From assembly GCF_009914755.1 (NCBI RefSeq), contig NC_060934.1: DNA of 64,000 nucleotides, one strand, 5' to 3'. The stretch is from the human T2T-CHM13v2.0 reference genome, Homo sapiens. This document shows positions 42,403 through 54,899 of the stretch, piece after piece. The notes beneath the pieces are model-generated. The model made no database searches. It saw only the letters and a program-made list of their open reading frames with translations, and was not told the origin of the DNA. A program made the position numbers and the translations under genes. The stretch's first letter is position 1, and every line of letters starts with the position of its first letter.

Positions 42403-45400
42403 GTAAAAGGCTACGTTTTTCTGCAAAGAAAAATGTTGCATTTTCATATGCTGTTTTACTTATTCTTGCCTACTTGAGACTAAATCTTGATTGTACTTTT
42501 TTTCTACTTTGCAGCTCAGTAAAACTCAATCTCATCCTAGTTCTGTCGCTGTCCACAATGCATGTGTTTTGGTGTTATCCAGTTCCATCTTCTAAGGTAA
42601 GGATTTGCCTCCGTTGTGGATATTTAAATAGATGACTAGAATGGTAAATTATGTAAATTCCAAATACTTTCAAGGAATATGTGACAGAAAAGTAATTTCC
42701 TTTATTATTAGAGTTCTCAATGGGAAAAAGTCAGCAGATTGATGACATTAGTAAAAGAAAATATTAGTGTGACAAGTAACACTGGACTATATTCAAATTT
42801 GTTTTGAATTATTTAGGGTTGGCTCCTGCAAAGGGAAATATTCATCTCAATCTAAAGTAATTTTTTTGCCAATGGCAATTTATTTATTCCACATGCATTC
42901 ATTCATAATCAAAGTGAACACTTAACCATGGAAACTATATTAAAAATAAAGTGGTCATTTTTCAAAAACAGTTTAATTTTTTCAGATGCAGAATATAGAT
43001 AAAACGTTAGATCTAAATAAAATATCACATAAAATATTAATTCATATATTTATTAGAGAATATTGATTGAACTCCTACGTTCATTGAACTGTTCAAGACA
43101 TTCAGAAAATAAATATCTTTCTTTGGAATATTTAATATTATTTCTACATAATATTTCAGTTGCCTTTATGTCAATATTTTGTTTATAATTTTAAAATATC
43201 TTTTGTCATTGACGGCATTTTGAACTTGAACTTTTTTTCACTAAAACGTAACCTGTCACATTATAATGACTGAAATCAATGTGATTTATGAAACTACTTT
43301 TAGGATAAAGGGATGTCGCATAAATCCTAAGTGATAAATATATGTCTGAACATAATGATCTAGTTATTTATATTATTGGCCTTTTCACTAATCTTTGCAT
43401 CTGTCATTTTTCTATTTCTTGTTTATTTAATATAGCTTCTTTTTTTTGGTTTCCTCCTATGAGCATTCAACACTAATTTAGTCATCAATTCTATAAGACA
43501 CCACATTGATCAAGCTGATGAGTCACAATCCATATACTGGTATATTTTCTCAAGTGTCTTCCTAATTACTTTCTGTTCTTTCCCCAAAGGTTTACTCATG
43601 ACATTTCTGTTGAATAACAGGCTCTTCTCTGTAGCTTTTTTAAAAGAAATTAAGAATGTACTTTGTTCTAAAATACTTATGAGACTTCCTTGTCCATAAA
43701 TGAAATGTTTCTCCTTTCACTGCATTTTCCTTATTTCTACTTTTGCACGTGACAGTTTTGTTCTTGTTATTACCTAGTTCCGTAGTAAGAGTGTGGATGC
43801 TATTCATGCCAATTTGATTGCTTAGGGTGAATGATTATGCAGGCAGACGACACATAGGCTTTTATAATATTTGTTGCGAACTTCACTGAGTCCATTAACC
43901 AGGCAAATATACAATCTTATTATGTTAATGAGTCTGCCCTGGCAAGGGCTGCCTTCGACGATCAGCAAAGTGCATCAGTGTCTTTTTAGGGATGTTTCAG
44001 GAATCTCATAACCAGAACTGATACATTCCTTTTGCAGTATAAAGGTGGCATCATGAGTATTTCTGGAAAGAACTGGCTTGCTTCCCTTCCTGCAATGACT
44101 CAGAGGCCCTTCCCTGCTGGGGATTTTAAATAGAAGGCGTTCTCTCTATCATGTTTAGATTTCCTCTGTTAGCACACGGAAAAATACATAGTGGATGTCC
44201 GACTAAGAGTGTTTGATTGGTTTTCTCATGACCAATATTTCTGAAACTCTCTGACCAAACTCTCTGAGATGAAAAAGGGGGGAAAAAAGCCCATTTTTTT
44301 TCCCCAGAGGCCAGTGGGAATGATTTGTCTGGGTTGCACTGAATCTTCAGTAAACCACCCACGCGTGGGTGAAGAATTACAGGGAACGCTTTATGCACTC
44401 TGGCCCCGTTTCCACTTCCATACAGTAACCTGAGACCACACTTGTTTTCCTGCACCAAGATAGAAAAAAAAGTATGAGTTTTACCTTGTAGTATGTCTCT
44501 TTATTGATAAGAAAAGCACTCAGTTTCCTTTTCCTCTTGTAGTTCTAGTATAGTTGAGAAACCTAAACTTAGAGTCAGATGCCTTGAAAATAATAGTATC
44601 TACTTCACAGAGTTTTGTTTAGGAGTAGGACAAGATGATGCCCATAATGCAAGCAGCACACAGATCATGGGTAAATCTGTGCTTTGCATTATTGGTGAAA
44701 TTTGTATTAGCATCTTATCAGTGTGTTATAATTCCTCTGAAACCATGCAAGAGGGAAAACACAACAAGTGTTGATGATTCGTACCCAAGCCCTGGGTCAG
44801 AGCTGCCTCTTGGAATCTCCAGCCCTGTCACATGGGGCATGCACCTTTGGTCTTGTACTTAGTTTTTTTATCTGCAAAATATGGGGTTGAACTTCAGGTT
44901 CCTGAAGGCCAGTTTGAACTCTAAGATTGCAGATCTGTTTCTTCCACCACTAAGCGCCCTACACTCTCCTACATTATCCAGCCTCGAGCCAGTGATGAGG
45001 ACCTGAACTAAAGTCAGAAGTTGAAGATGCCATTGTTCAAGTATCAAGACATCCTTATGGGGAAACTTGGCAAATGGCCCAGGACAGGCCCCAGGAGAAA
45101 AGTGGTTCTGATTGACACCTAGAGTCTGATCCTCATGGGTTGTTTTTCTAAGTGAATTTCAAAAACAATTCCCAGGGCTGATTAGTGCTGCTTGAAATAT
45201 TCTTTTTAAAATAACAGCAACAAGATAACTTATGTGTAGTGCATGATGTAAATACGGAATAGCAGCAAGTATATAAGTAGTGTAAAAATTAGACAAGTGG
45301 GTAGATCACCCCAAATAATATTTTGTATCTAGATAAAGTAGATATTGTGTTTTAGCAAAACTTCTGCCTTTAAGATGATTGATATATTGGATTTATCGCC

Positions 45401-45666
45401 ATAAGATTTTGAAAATTGTTACTGTTGAAATATACTTTTAACCCTAAGGCTGTATTCTCTTTCTCCTCACCCATCTGAATTGCCAGGTGTCTGGAAAATC
45501 TGATTACTTTCTCATTCTGCTGAACAGCTGCCCAACCAGATTGGACAGGAGCAAAGAACTAGCTTTTCTAAAGCCAATTTTGGAGAAGATGTTTGTGAAA
45601 AGGTCCTTTCGCAATGGAGTTGGCACAGGGATGAAAAAAACTTCCTTTCAAAGAGCAAAATCATGA
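42395..45666 (+). CDS. NPS: Neuropeptide S precursor, 89 aa, join(42395..42402,42515..42596,45487..45666)
   Basis: Spliced translation [89 protein letters not shown]; 8+82+180=270 nt; GT-AG introns; signal peptide, KR site and the known 20-aa NPS peptide. Confidence 0.98.
42515..42596 (+). CDS. NPS: NPS exon 2 (signal peptide), 82 nt
   Basis: Acceptor tttttttctactttgcag|, donor AAG|GTAAGG; encodes [27 protein letters not shown]. Confidence 0.96.
44550..44930 (+). mobile_element. MIR fragments in NPS intron 2
   Basis: agagtcagatgcc…ataatagtatctacttcacagagttttgt; agttttttatctgcaaaat. Confidence 0.5.
45487..45666 (+). CDS. NPS: NPS exon 3 coding part (pro-region, KR, mature NPS at 45604-45663)
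   Basis: Acceptor …tgaattgccag| after a pyrimidine tract; phase 0; ends [23 protein letters not shown]. Confidence 0.98.
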   Translation: MSGKSDYFLILLNSCPTRLDRSKELAFLKPILEKMFVKRSFRNGVGTGMKKTSFQRAKS

Positions 45667-46549
45667 CTAAGTGTGCAAAGGACTCGGGGAATTAATCTAA
45701 CTGTAGAGTGTGACTGACGTACTCAAAGTCCATCGTCTCTTTATCATTGAGTGTTGGCATGCTCTCTATTCTCAAATATCTTTCCTCTCCTGACTGGTAC
45801 AGAGTAAATTGAGTAAAAAAAGAAAAAAAATGTAAACATGTCTCAAACCTGTCTCAAACTTCCACTTGTGAGAGAAAAAACAATTTATGTGGTCCATTAG
45901 TAACTTTTTCCTGAATGGGATGGACACTTTTGCTTTGGTTTTAACTTGGCCAGAAAGCATGAGCATGTTGACAGTCATCACGATAGTATGATTTTTTTTT
46001 TCCTGCCTATAATATCATAACACGAATACTGTGATATTTGTTTTTCTTTTTAATACCGTTTTCTCAAATGACTTAACAGGCTCAATTCTTGGGGTGGGGG
46101 GATGTGCTATTTCTGTTTCTAAGGGGCTTGTGAAGTTAACCAAAATTAAGGTGAATGGTACAGCTGTATCAATTGATTAATTAATTGATACCAAGAACAA
46201 ACATCCCTGGAGCACTCTAGATGTAATTCTTGTCTCCCTTTTCCTATTCCAAATATACTTAGCTATAGGGTGTTGTTTTGTTGTCTTGTCTTGGAAATTT
46301 GTTGCCTTTTAAAATCTTTAAGCACAGAAATGCTGCCAGTAACAACAACAACAGAGAGACTGAGAGTGCCCTGTGTTGTCAGGGCAGCCATTTGGAAACC
46401 TGTTCCCCAAACTATGCTGATTAATGCCCTCTCCTTTCCCCCATCCTTCCAGGAAAGACTGCCCACTCTTTGCATTGAAACTCCTGACACTCCTTTTTTA
46501 AAAGGATAATGCGACATTGGTTGACGTGTTATTTCAAATGCATAATGTT

Positions 46550-46555
46550 AATAAA
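46550..46555 (+). terminator. NPS: Probable NPS polyadenylation signal AATAAA (3'UTR ~0.9 kb)
   Basis: First AATAAA I found after the stop codon. Confidence 0.65.
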
Positions 46556-49309
46556 TCTGTTCACGCATATTGGATTCTGCAGCACACTAAGGGTGTTCGC
46601 TGTAAGCCACACACAGCTCCTAGACTGGGGGCAGCGGAAGCCTTAGGATGACCTGTCCTTAGTCATCAGCTTCAGATAGAAACACATCAGAAAACAGTAC
46701 TCATGGTGAGCTGGTCTCACAGTAATCAGCTAGGTTCACACAAACAAATCGGTTTCTACACAAAGCAGTCTTTACACATGCCATATTGTTGGTGATGTGC
46801 CAAGTGCCCACCGAAAGAAACAGAGGCCCCTAAAGGTCTTCTGTGATTTGTTGCTGACTTCTACGAAAACAAGTGGTTTCATGGTTGTGGTGTATGCTTA
46901 TTCTGCTCTTGTTACACAGATTCATCCTAAGTATTGGGGGATGAAGTAACATAGATCATGCAAATACAAGTTATGGGAAGCAGCATTTATTTTAAGGATC
47001 AGGGAACTTCAGGGAAACACATTTTGGGAAGCACAGAGGAGCTTGGTAGAAGTAGAAGCCATCAGGCAGCATCCCTGCCCTCCGGGGTCCTTTGCGCCCT
47101 TCTAGCTACGTTTTCTTCCCTGCAAACCGGATGGTCTGCAAGACCTTTGTTTCTGCTCTCCAATAACTTCCATCTGCCTGGGGCTTTGTGTTGCTCTATA
47201 GGGCCTCACAACATCAGGTCCAGCACCTCCCGTGGGCCAGCATTTTGTTTTCCCTTTGGGGTCAGGTATCCACTGCTGGTTCTCTCTGCAGAAGCCAGAG
47301 ATGCAGACAGGGTCATGTGTGTGTGACTGCAGCATGAGCTGTGGCAGGGCAGCCCCCTAAGAAGGGGTATGAGAGAGCAAGAAGAGGAGGACATTGCTCA
47401 TTCTGCTGCATCACCCACTGCACCCTCACTGTTCCCTGGATCCAAAAGGACACACGTGGCCTTCCGGTCTGGTCCTTCTTTCAGCAGATATTCCATGTAT
47501 AGAAAAGCCAGATATACCCTTCAATACTTTTTAGAAAGTCTGCTTAAACAAATTCATATTTTCTTTCTAAGATCACCTCCTTCACATCAGTGTTCCCCTA
47601 AAGACACACACACTCACAGGAACACACAACAGAAGGGGCAGCTATGGGCTGATTTTCTAGTTTCAAAGTCATGGGCTTGAGTCTTGATGCAAACATGGCC
47701 TTTGGGCATCTGCGAGGACAAGCAGGTGGGGATGCAGGGCGCGGGCGTCACTGGGAGAGGAAGAGCTAGCTCAGGATGGGCGTCCTCCACCTGCTCCTTT
47801 GCTCTCCCTCGTCTGCTCATGGGCCTGGTCCTTTCTCGATCATGGTCACATTAGCAGTGGCCCTGGCATCTTCCCCCACCAGCAGCCACATAATAGGTCA
47901 TACCAGCCCACTGCCATCCCTTCAGCAGCACCGTGGCCCCTGTCTCTGTTCCCAGGGTGTGTGGAGTGGGGCAGGTGGGAGACTTCTGTGCAGGTGTTGA
48001 AATGAGAGATCAGCCCAGCAGTGCTCCAGGTGTTGGAGTAGGATCTGAAGGCATTTCCCTTATCCATTAATGACATCCAGTTACTTCCTGCTTGATGGCC
48101 ACACAAGTGGCTGAAGTCATTGAGATTTTAAAGAAATATTTGAAATCAGAAACAAGCAAAACCCTTTGAAGTGGATGTACCTTTAATTCTTTTTTAACCC
48201 CAAACAATCATTCCGTTTCCCACTTCTCTATATGTATGTGGACACAGATGCAGTGAAGTACTCAGGCAATCCTGTGTCCCTCGGTTTTCTGCCGCTATGG
48301 CCTCTGCCTTTGTTCCTATGAGGTGGCTTTAAGAATCTAAGCCATCAGCCAGTGGCAGCACCACTCTCCTTACCCTCGGCCCTGAAACTGGAGTTCTCTT
48401 GGAGCATCTGCAAATGCGGCAAAGGGCTCTGCAGCTCCGTGAGGTTTCAAGGGTAACATGCAAAGTAATTCCAATAAAATGTGGAAAATCTGACAGAAGC
48501 TTGTCAGGGAAGTTGGCATTTCTTATCTGCCTAACGTTATTGGCAGGGAAGCTAATTAGATAGGCTGATAGGCGTTATTTACTCCTGCGGAGTAGAAAAC
48601 AAGTTACTTCATTAATAAGCTCATGGTTAAGTGTGGTGTAAATGGGGCATCTTGTGTACAGAAAAGATTGCTATTTCAGGAGAATCTTCCTAATTTTCTA
48701 TTATTTGCATTTATATGGATTGGCTGGAATAATAAAACACCAAAAACATAATTGGAAAAATTCACTTCCCACTTCTAGAGCTAAAATATCATTTTAACGT
48801 CAGGGGGGAAAAGGCCTATGAAAAACTATTTGCACTCCAAAAATCATAGCCGATGAAAAGCTGGTAGGAAGGAGTATTTTCTTTCTGAAGAAAAATTGCG
48901 CCTCTTGCTAAAGTTTTAGGAATAAAGCGTTTAAAAGCAAGGCCTGCTCTCAAGCCTGCATTGGCAAGTAGGAAAGTGGCTTGGGGTGACGGGGGCAGTG
49001 ATGAGAGAGGGCCCTGGTGACCCTCTACCGTCCAACACCAGGGGTGCTGCTGGGGGCCTGAATTTCACCTTTAGATTTGGATGCATCGGGCAAAGCTTTG
49101 GAAGCCCTTGGACTGCAAGCATCCCAAGGGATGAATAATCTTTTAGTCAATTTTGGCCAACTCTATCTGAATGTGATTGATCTTCATATTCTATCTGGAG
49201 AGATTTTATTGGAGAGGAAAGAAAAGAACTCATGAGGGCCATGGATACCTGGAGAGAGAGAATGCTGGTGTGGAGGAGAGGAGTGCAAAAGGAAGCTTAG
49301 GAGGCCAGA

Positions 49310-49930
49310 TACCAAAGGCACTGGGCCACATGAACTGTACTTGAATCCTGGGGTCCTTGTTCACTCAGTGGTGCCACCTTGCTCTAGCTTCTAGAATCCT
49401 TTTGAGCCCCAAGCTTAATCACCCTTAAAATGGGGCCTGTATTACTTACATCTGAAGATTGTTCATTTACTAATTAATTTATTTGTTTGACAAATATTGA
49501 GCACCTTCTGTGTTCTCGGTACTGGGAATACAGCAGTGAAGAAAATAGAGCCCAATTATTGGGGTGGGATGGCATGATGGAGTTAGAGAAAATAAGAATA
49601 TATATTTAATATATAATCCTATATATGTGTGTATATATATATGTGTGGGTGTACATAGTATTTCAGATGGTGATAAGGAGAAACAGCAAGGAAGGGGGAG
49701 CTGCAGTATTGTGAGGTGGAGATGGGGATGCGATTTCTGATTCAGCGCTCAGGTAAGGGATCGCTGAGAATTGCGAGAATCCCAGTTTCCTGGCTTGGAG
49801 TGAGCAGGGTGAGGGTGGAGAGAGATGGCACCTTACAGGTAGGAGGGCTTCTGTGTGGCCTTGCGATTCTGCCCTGAGAAGTAATTAAGCGGCGATGTGA
49901 AGCCCTGGATTGGATCAGGACCCTGGGACA
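49310..49930. mobile_element. MIR (+) followed by L2 (-) fragments
   Basis: ttgaatcctggg…cttaaaatgggg; tttgacaaatattgagcaccttctgtgttctcggtactgggaatacagcagtgaa. Confidence 0.6.
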
Positions 49931-50134
49931 GGAACGCGGCTGCTCTCCAAGGTGCTGAGGGGATTTGGGACAGTAGAGCAGATTCCTGGCCCATCGTCTG
50001 AAAATGGTTTTGAGGCTAGAATGTCATGCCCCTGGATTATTTTTCATGTGCGAATGAGGAACGTTTTGTTCTCACAAATATCTACTGAGATTATCATAGA
50101 AATATCCCCCATTATTTTTTGGAGGGATGCATGT

Positions 50135-50564
50135 TGTGATGGTTAATACTGAGTGTCAACTTGATTGGATTGAAGGATACAAAGTATTGACCCTGGGTGT
50201 GTCTGTGAGGGTGCTGCCAAAGGAGATTAACATTTTAGTCGGTGGGCTGGGAAAGGCAGACCCACCCTTAACCTGGGTGGGCACCATCTAGTCAGATGCC
50301 AGCACGACTAGAATATAAAACAGGGAGAAAAATGTGAAGGACAGACTGGCCTGGCCTCCCAGCCTGCATCTTTCCCCTGTGCTGGATGCTTCCTGCCCTT
50401 GAACATCAGACTTTTCAGTTTTGGGACTTGGACTGGCTCTGTTTGCTCCTTAGCTTGCAGACAGCCTGTTGTGGGACCTTGTTATCCTGTGAGTTAATAC
50501 TTAATAAATTCATGTATATATATATATATTAGTTCTGTTCCTCTAGAGAACTCTGACTAATACA
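50135..50564 (+). mobile_element. MLT2A (HERV-L) solo LTR
   Basis: tgtgatggttaatactgagtgtcaacttgattggattgaaggatacaaagtattg…ctctagagaactctgactaataca; TSD CATGT/CATGA. Confidence 0.92.
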
Positions 50565-51659
50565 CATGAGTATGGATGGAAAGTCTGTGGGTTAAAGCTC
50601 AAGCAAAAAAATAAAATATTTAAGATCTCTACTCTTGTACCTGACTTTTTAGGGTGCTCCTCTCATTTTTTTCTGTTGGCTATTTATTTCTAATGCTAAA
50701 TCCTTAAAAAAAAACAAAGAGGTCTACTATAAAATTTCTACCCCAAACATTCATTCCCATTCATCTTTGAGTACTTGCAGTAAAAGATCAACATTTTAAG
50801 GAAGGAAAATCTGAAAACAATTAGATTTCATCTCCCACATGCAGTAAGGCTGAGAATATGGCAATTTGATATTAAAGGCCTGTTCCTACACTCAATATTC
50901 TCATTTCTCCTTTTGTCCCATCTGAAAATAACAGTGAGCATCCAGGAGCCTCCTCTCCACTCTTTCCCTCCTGAACTCCTCGTTGTTAATATTCAGACAC
51001 ACTCACATGGTGAGGAAATAGGCAGGCTTCTCTGTTGGTGGAAGATTTTGTCTTGACTTCTCCTTTATGGGGTAAAGATGGTCTTTTGGTTGACCGTGAT
51101 GGCTCTCTCGGGGCTGTCTGGGATGGACTCTCACCTGTGCTTCTCCTCTTCATGTGGGCTGTGCACCCTGTCAGCTTCCCCCAGTGTCACCTTCCCCCAA
51201 GCCAAGTGTGCAGCTTTTCTGAGCAGTTGACTCCACCAGCTCAGTGTTTGTCCCCAGCTTGCAAGGTCATTCTCATGCTTGCCTTACACAAAGGGAGATG
51301 AAAGGCAAGATGCCTCTCCTGGAGCGCAAACCATGATGGAGCCACAGATGCAGCCCATGCAGCATAAATATCTCTCTCCAGAATAACAAAGACCAAGACC
51401 GAGTCCTGCAGGATCGTTCCACCTGCTGGGCCTTGCGCCTGTGAGTTCCATCTTGCACTGTGCATTGTTTAGAGTGTGTCTGAGCCTCTGGTTGGCACCT
51501 ACCTGGCTGACATCTGCCTATCAAGTTTTAAATCCAGCTAATGCCCTCTATGGAGAAACTTTGCCAAGGAATCTAACCCAAGGAGATAAGTGAGACTCAA
51601 CATGTGGGTACAAACAGGCTGCTCTTCAATGTTCACCTAGCTTCTACTTGACAGGTCTG

Positions 51660-51860
51660 AAGTTTCTACCAAGTGCTTTCCACATAGTGTCTCATTTGCC
51701 CCTCCACAGCCATGTGAGGGGCACTAGGATGTTCTTAGTCCTGTGTGCAGACAAGGAAACCAAAGCTTACAGAGATGCAGTGATTTTCTTGTGGTCACAT
51801 ATCTGGTAAGTGGCAGGTCTGCCTGGCTTCAAAGCTGGTGCCCTGTGATCTGTGATGTCC
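51660..51860 (-). mobile_element. MIR SINE
   Basis: gcagacaaggaaaccaaagcttacagagatg…ggtcacatatctggtaagtggcag. Confidence 0.65.
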
Positions 51861-51869
51861 AACTACCCA

Positions 51870-52282
51870 CAGTATAATCTCAAGGCTCAGTTGGGGGGAA
51901 ACTTTGCTTCCAAACTCATGTGATCGTTGGCAGCACTCATTTCTCTGTGGCTTAAAGCCTGAGTACCTCAGTTTTTTTGCTGGCTGTTGGCAGAAGGTCA
52001 CCTTGGTTCCTAGAGGCTGCCATCAGTTCTTTGCCACATAGGTACCCACCGTGGCTGCCAGCTTCATCAATACCACCATGGGGGAGAATCTTCTAGCAAA
52101 ATGGATGCTGCAATCTTAGGTAACATCATCATGAATGTGACATCTCATCACCTTTGCTGTATTCTAATGGCTAAAATCAAGTCACTAGTCCTGCCCACAC
52201 TCAAGAGGAGGGGCTTATGCAAGAGAATGAACGCAGGGACATAGGGACCATGGAGGGGGCACTGTGGAGTCTGTCCAGCACT
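51870..52282 (-). mobile_element. MLT1 MaLR LTR (partial)
   Basis: gcttccaaactcatgtgatcgttggcag…aagtcactagtcctgcccacactcaagaggagggg. Confidence 0.75.
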
Positions 52283-52433
52283 GACATTATGAATGGCCAC
52301 CTCAGCTATGGGAGAGGACCATCCCATGCTGGAACAGAGCCCTAAGAAGTGAGATCCATACCAAATTTGAGTAGTATGTGAGTAACGTCTGCAAAAAAGA
52401 ACCTGTGAAGTGTTAAACCACAAGTATATGCAT

Positions 52434-52808
52434 TATATTAGCCTGTTATTACACTGCTAATAAAGACATACCAGAGTTTGAGTAATTCATAAAGGTAAGA
52501 GTGTTAATTGACTCACAGTTCAGCATAGTTGGGGGGGCCTTAGGAAACTTACAATTATGGCAGAAGGGGAAGCAAACATGTCCTTCTTCACAGGGCAGCA
52601 GGAAGGAGAATGAATGCACAGTGAAGGGGGAAGACCCTTATAAAACCGTCAGATCTCGTGAGAACTAACTCACTATCGTGAGAACAGGATGGGAAAAACC
52701 GTCCCCATGATTCAATTATTTCCATCAGGTCCCTCCCACAACACATGGGGATTATGGGAACTACAATTCAAGATGAGATTTGGGTGGGGACACGGCCAAG
52801 CCATATCA
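52434..52808 (-). mobile_element. THE1 (C/D-like) MaLR solo LTR
   Basis: Reverse THE1 ending gatgagatttgggtggggacacggccaagccatatca; TSD TGCAT/CACAT. Confidence 0.9.
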
Positions 52809-52914
52809 CACATGAAAGCAAGCTTCTCCTTCATAGGGTTTGTCTGTGTCTCTGCGTGCTGTGGAACAACCTTGAGGCTCAGACTTAGATTCTTACAGGG
52901 CCTAAACACATATA

Positions 52915-53170
52915 AATAATTGAGTTATTGGAGTCCTACTATGTGCCAGTCACTGGCTGAAGAGTTTACATAAGGTTTCATTCAATTTCCATAACAACTC
53001 TAAAAATACAACAAAATACCTGTTAGGTAGATACTCTTGTTAGCCCCATTTCACAGATAAGCCATTAGGTGCAAAGAGATTAAGTTCTCTGCCCAGGGTC
53101 ATGTAGCTTGTGAGCAGTAAAGCCAAGTTGGGAACCCAGGCAGTCTGACTCCAGTATATGAACATGTCCC
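52915..53170 (-). mobile_element. MIR SINE
   Basis: ctactatgtgccag…ccccatttcacagataag…gcccagggtca…cagtctgactccag. Confidence 0.8.
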
Positions 53171-53914
53171 CAGCCCAGTGTCTGAAGCCTTTATCTTACT
53201 TGAGTGTCCCAACATTTTTGAATGGCACAGGCTGGTGAAGAAAAGTTGGCTGCATTTGATTACAGGAGAGACAGGGTGGAGAGTAAGTAAATAGAAATGG
53301 CAAAAAGGACACAGTGAGGGGAAACGATGATGTCTTAGAAATTTTCAAGATATATTTCACATGGTGAAATGTATTCCCATGGGAAAGAACAAAGGAGCAA
53401 TTAGAAAATGACTGGATCCAGTTCAAATAGAAAATTATGAAATTATAAAGAAGCTGCCCACGCACTTGATAAACACTGATATAACGTGGTAAGGTAACTC
53501 TTCTGTAAAGAATGGATCTGTGGTGTCTTGCCATCTACAACAGTAAATGCACTAAAAGTTTTACTGGAGAAGACAGCCTGCGGGGGGTTTGTAACTCTTG
53601 TTCCCCTGTCCACGATGGGACTCCGTGCATCCTTGGGCAAGCAGGTTAGTAATTATCAAAGTGAATTACGGTCACTGCCAAAGGATGACACTAGCTAGAA
53701 TCCTGCTTCCTGCAACCATGATGGAAACTCTCCAGGTATATAAAAGAATTATGGGTTAAGATTCCTTTACAGTCTTTAAGAAGAAAGATCTGCAGCTCAG
53801 AGCTGGTGCATTGCATTCTCTCCCAGGCTTCTCTGGGATTTGGTAACCCAGGACGGATGTCGGATGTGTGGTCAAATCATTTTACGCGGTCTCACATTTC
53901 CTGGGATTTATAAG

Positions 53915-54140
53915 CTCCGGCTTTACAGTCAGACATAGCCGAGCTAAAATGGCATTCCACTTAACAAGGTCCATGACTGTGGCCATGTTCCTGGACCTCT
54001 CCAAGCCTCAGTTTCCTCATCTGTAAAATGGAACTCAGTGACATCCCAGTTGGGCTGTAGTGAGAGATAAGATAAATAGTACATGCTATGCACTCAACCC
54101 AGTGCTTGATCCCACGTGAGTGCTCCATAAATGGCAGCCA
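53915..54140 (+). mobile_element. MIR SINE
   Basis: gcctcagtttcctcatctgtaaaatgg perfect core. Confidence 0.8.
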
Positions 54141-54391
54141 GCCACAGCAGGGGTGTTATGAACATTCCAGTTTAATGCTGAATCGAAAGTTGGCTATATA
54201 ACTCATATTTATAAACTAAATCAGTAAAGAATAGAGGCAGATAATACTTGCTGATAATGGAAATATGGATTAGATATTATTCTGAGTATATTGCTAAGCT
54301 AATATAGATGCTGGTATGGCTGAGTCCCAAGGGAAGAATTCTGTATTTTTTAGAAATGATGTGGCCAATAATGTAAATTAATTGCAGTGCA

Positions 54392-54830
54392 TTGAGAGAT
54401 GAATATACAAACGGGCAATGGTCAGACCATGTACAATGATGCACACCCGCAAGCCTGCAGCAGCCAGTTCAGGAAGCCAATCGCTGCAGTAATGGGCTCA
54501 GAACAGCCAGGACATGGTCAATGACTGCCAGCATTCCTAATTCCCACCCAACTTCCAACTCAGAACCAGCAGAAAAAGCCAAATATGTTCTCCAACCAAT
54601 CACATACGACGTCTTACTTTACATGACTCCACCTCCAGTTTCCCCACACCAACACCCTGCCAGCATATCACACTGGAAGCCATTCCTTTTTTCACTATGA
54701 AACTTTCCAGCTCCTCGCGTGCCTTCAGGTCTCTGCCAAATGCAAGTGATGATGCCCGACCCTTGCCACGGAAGTTCTAAATATATAGCCTCTGTTTGTC
54801 CTAATTTGGGTGCTCTTTATTTCTGGAACA
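54392..54830 (+). mobile_element. Old ERV solo LTR (MER89/MER90-like; family uncertain)
   Basis: TG…CA ends, caatggtcagacca…cctgcagcagccagttcaggaagccaa, CCAAT boxes. Confidence 0.55.
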
Positions 54831-54899
54831 CTAATATGGTAAAAGTGGCACACAGCAAGACCAACGTCACAGGAACTCCCCAGTGAAAGTCACAATCTT

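Noticed and set aside
42511-42519. Alternative acceptor AG 5 nt into NPS exon 2
   Set aside because: Would frameshift to a stop within exon 2; no evidence of use
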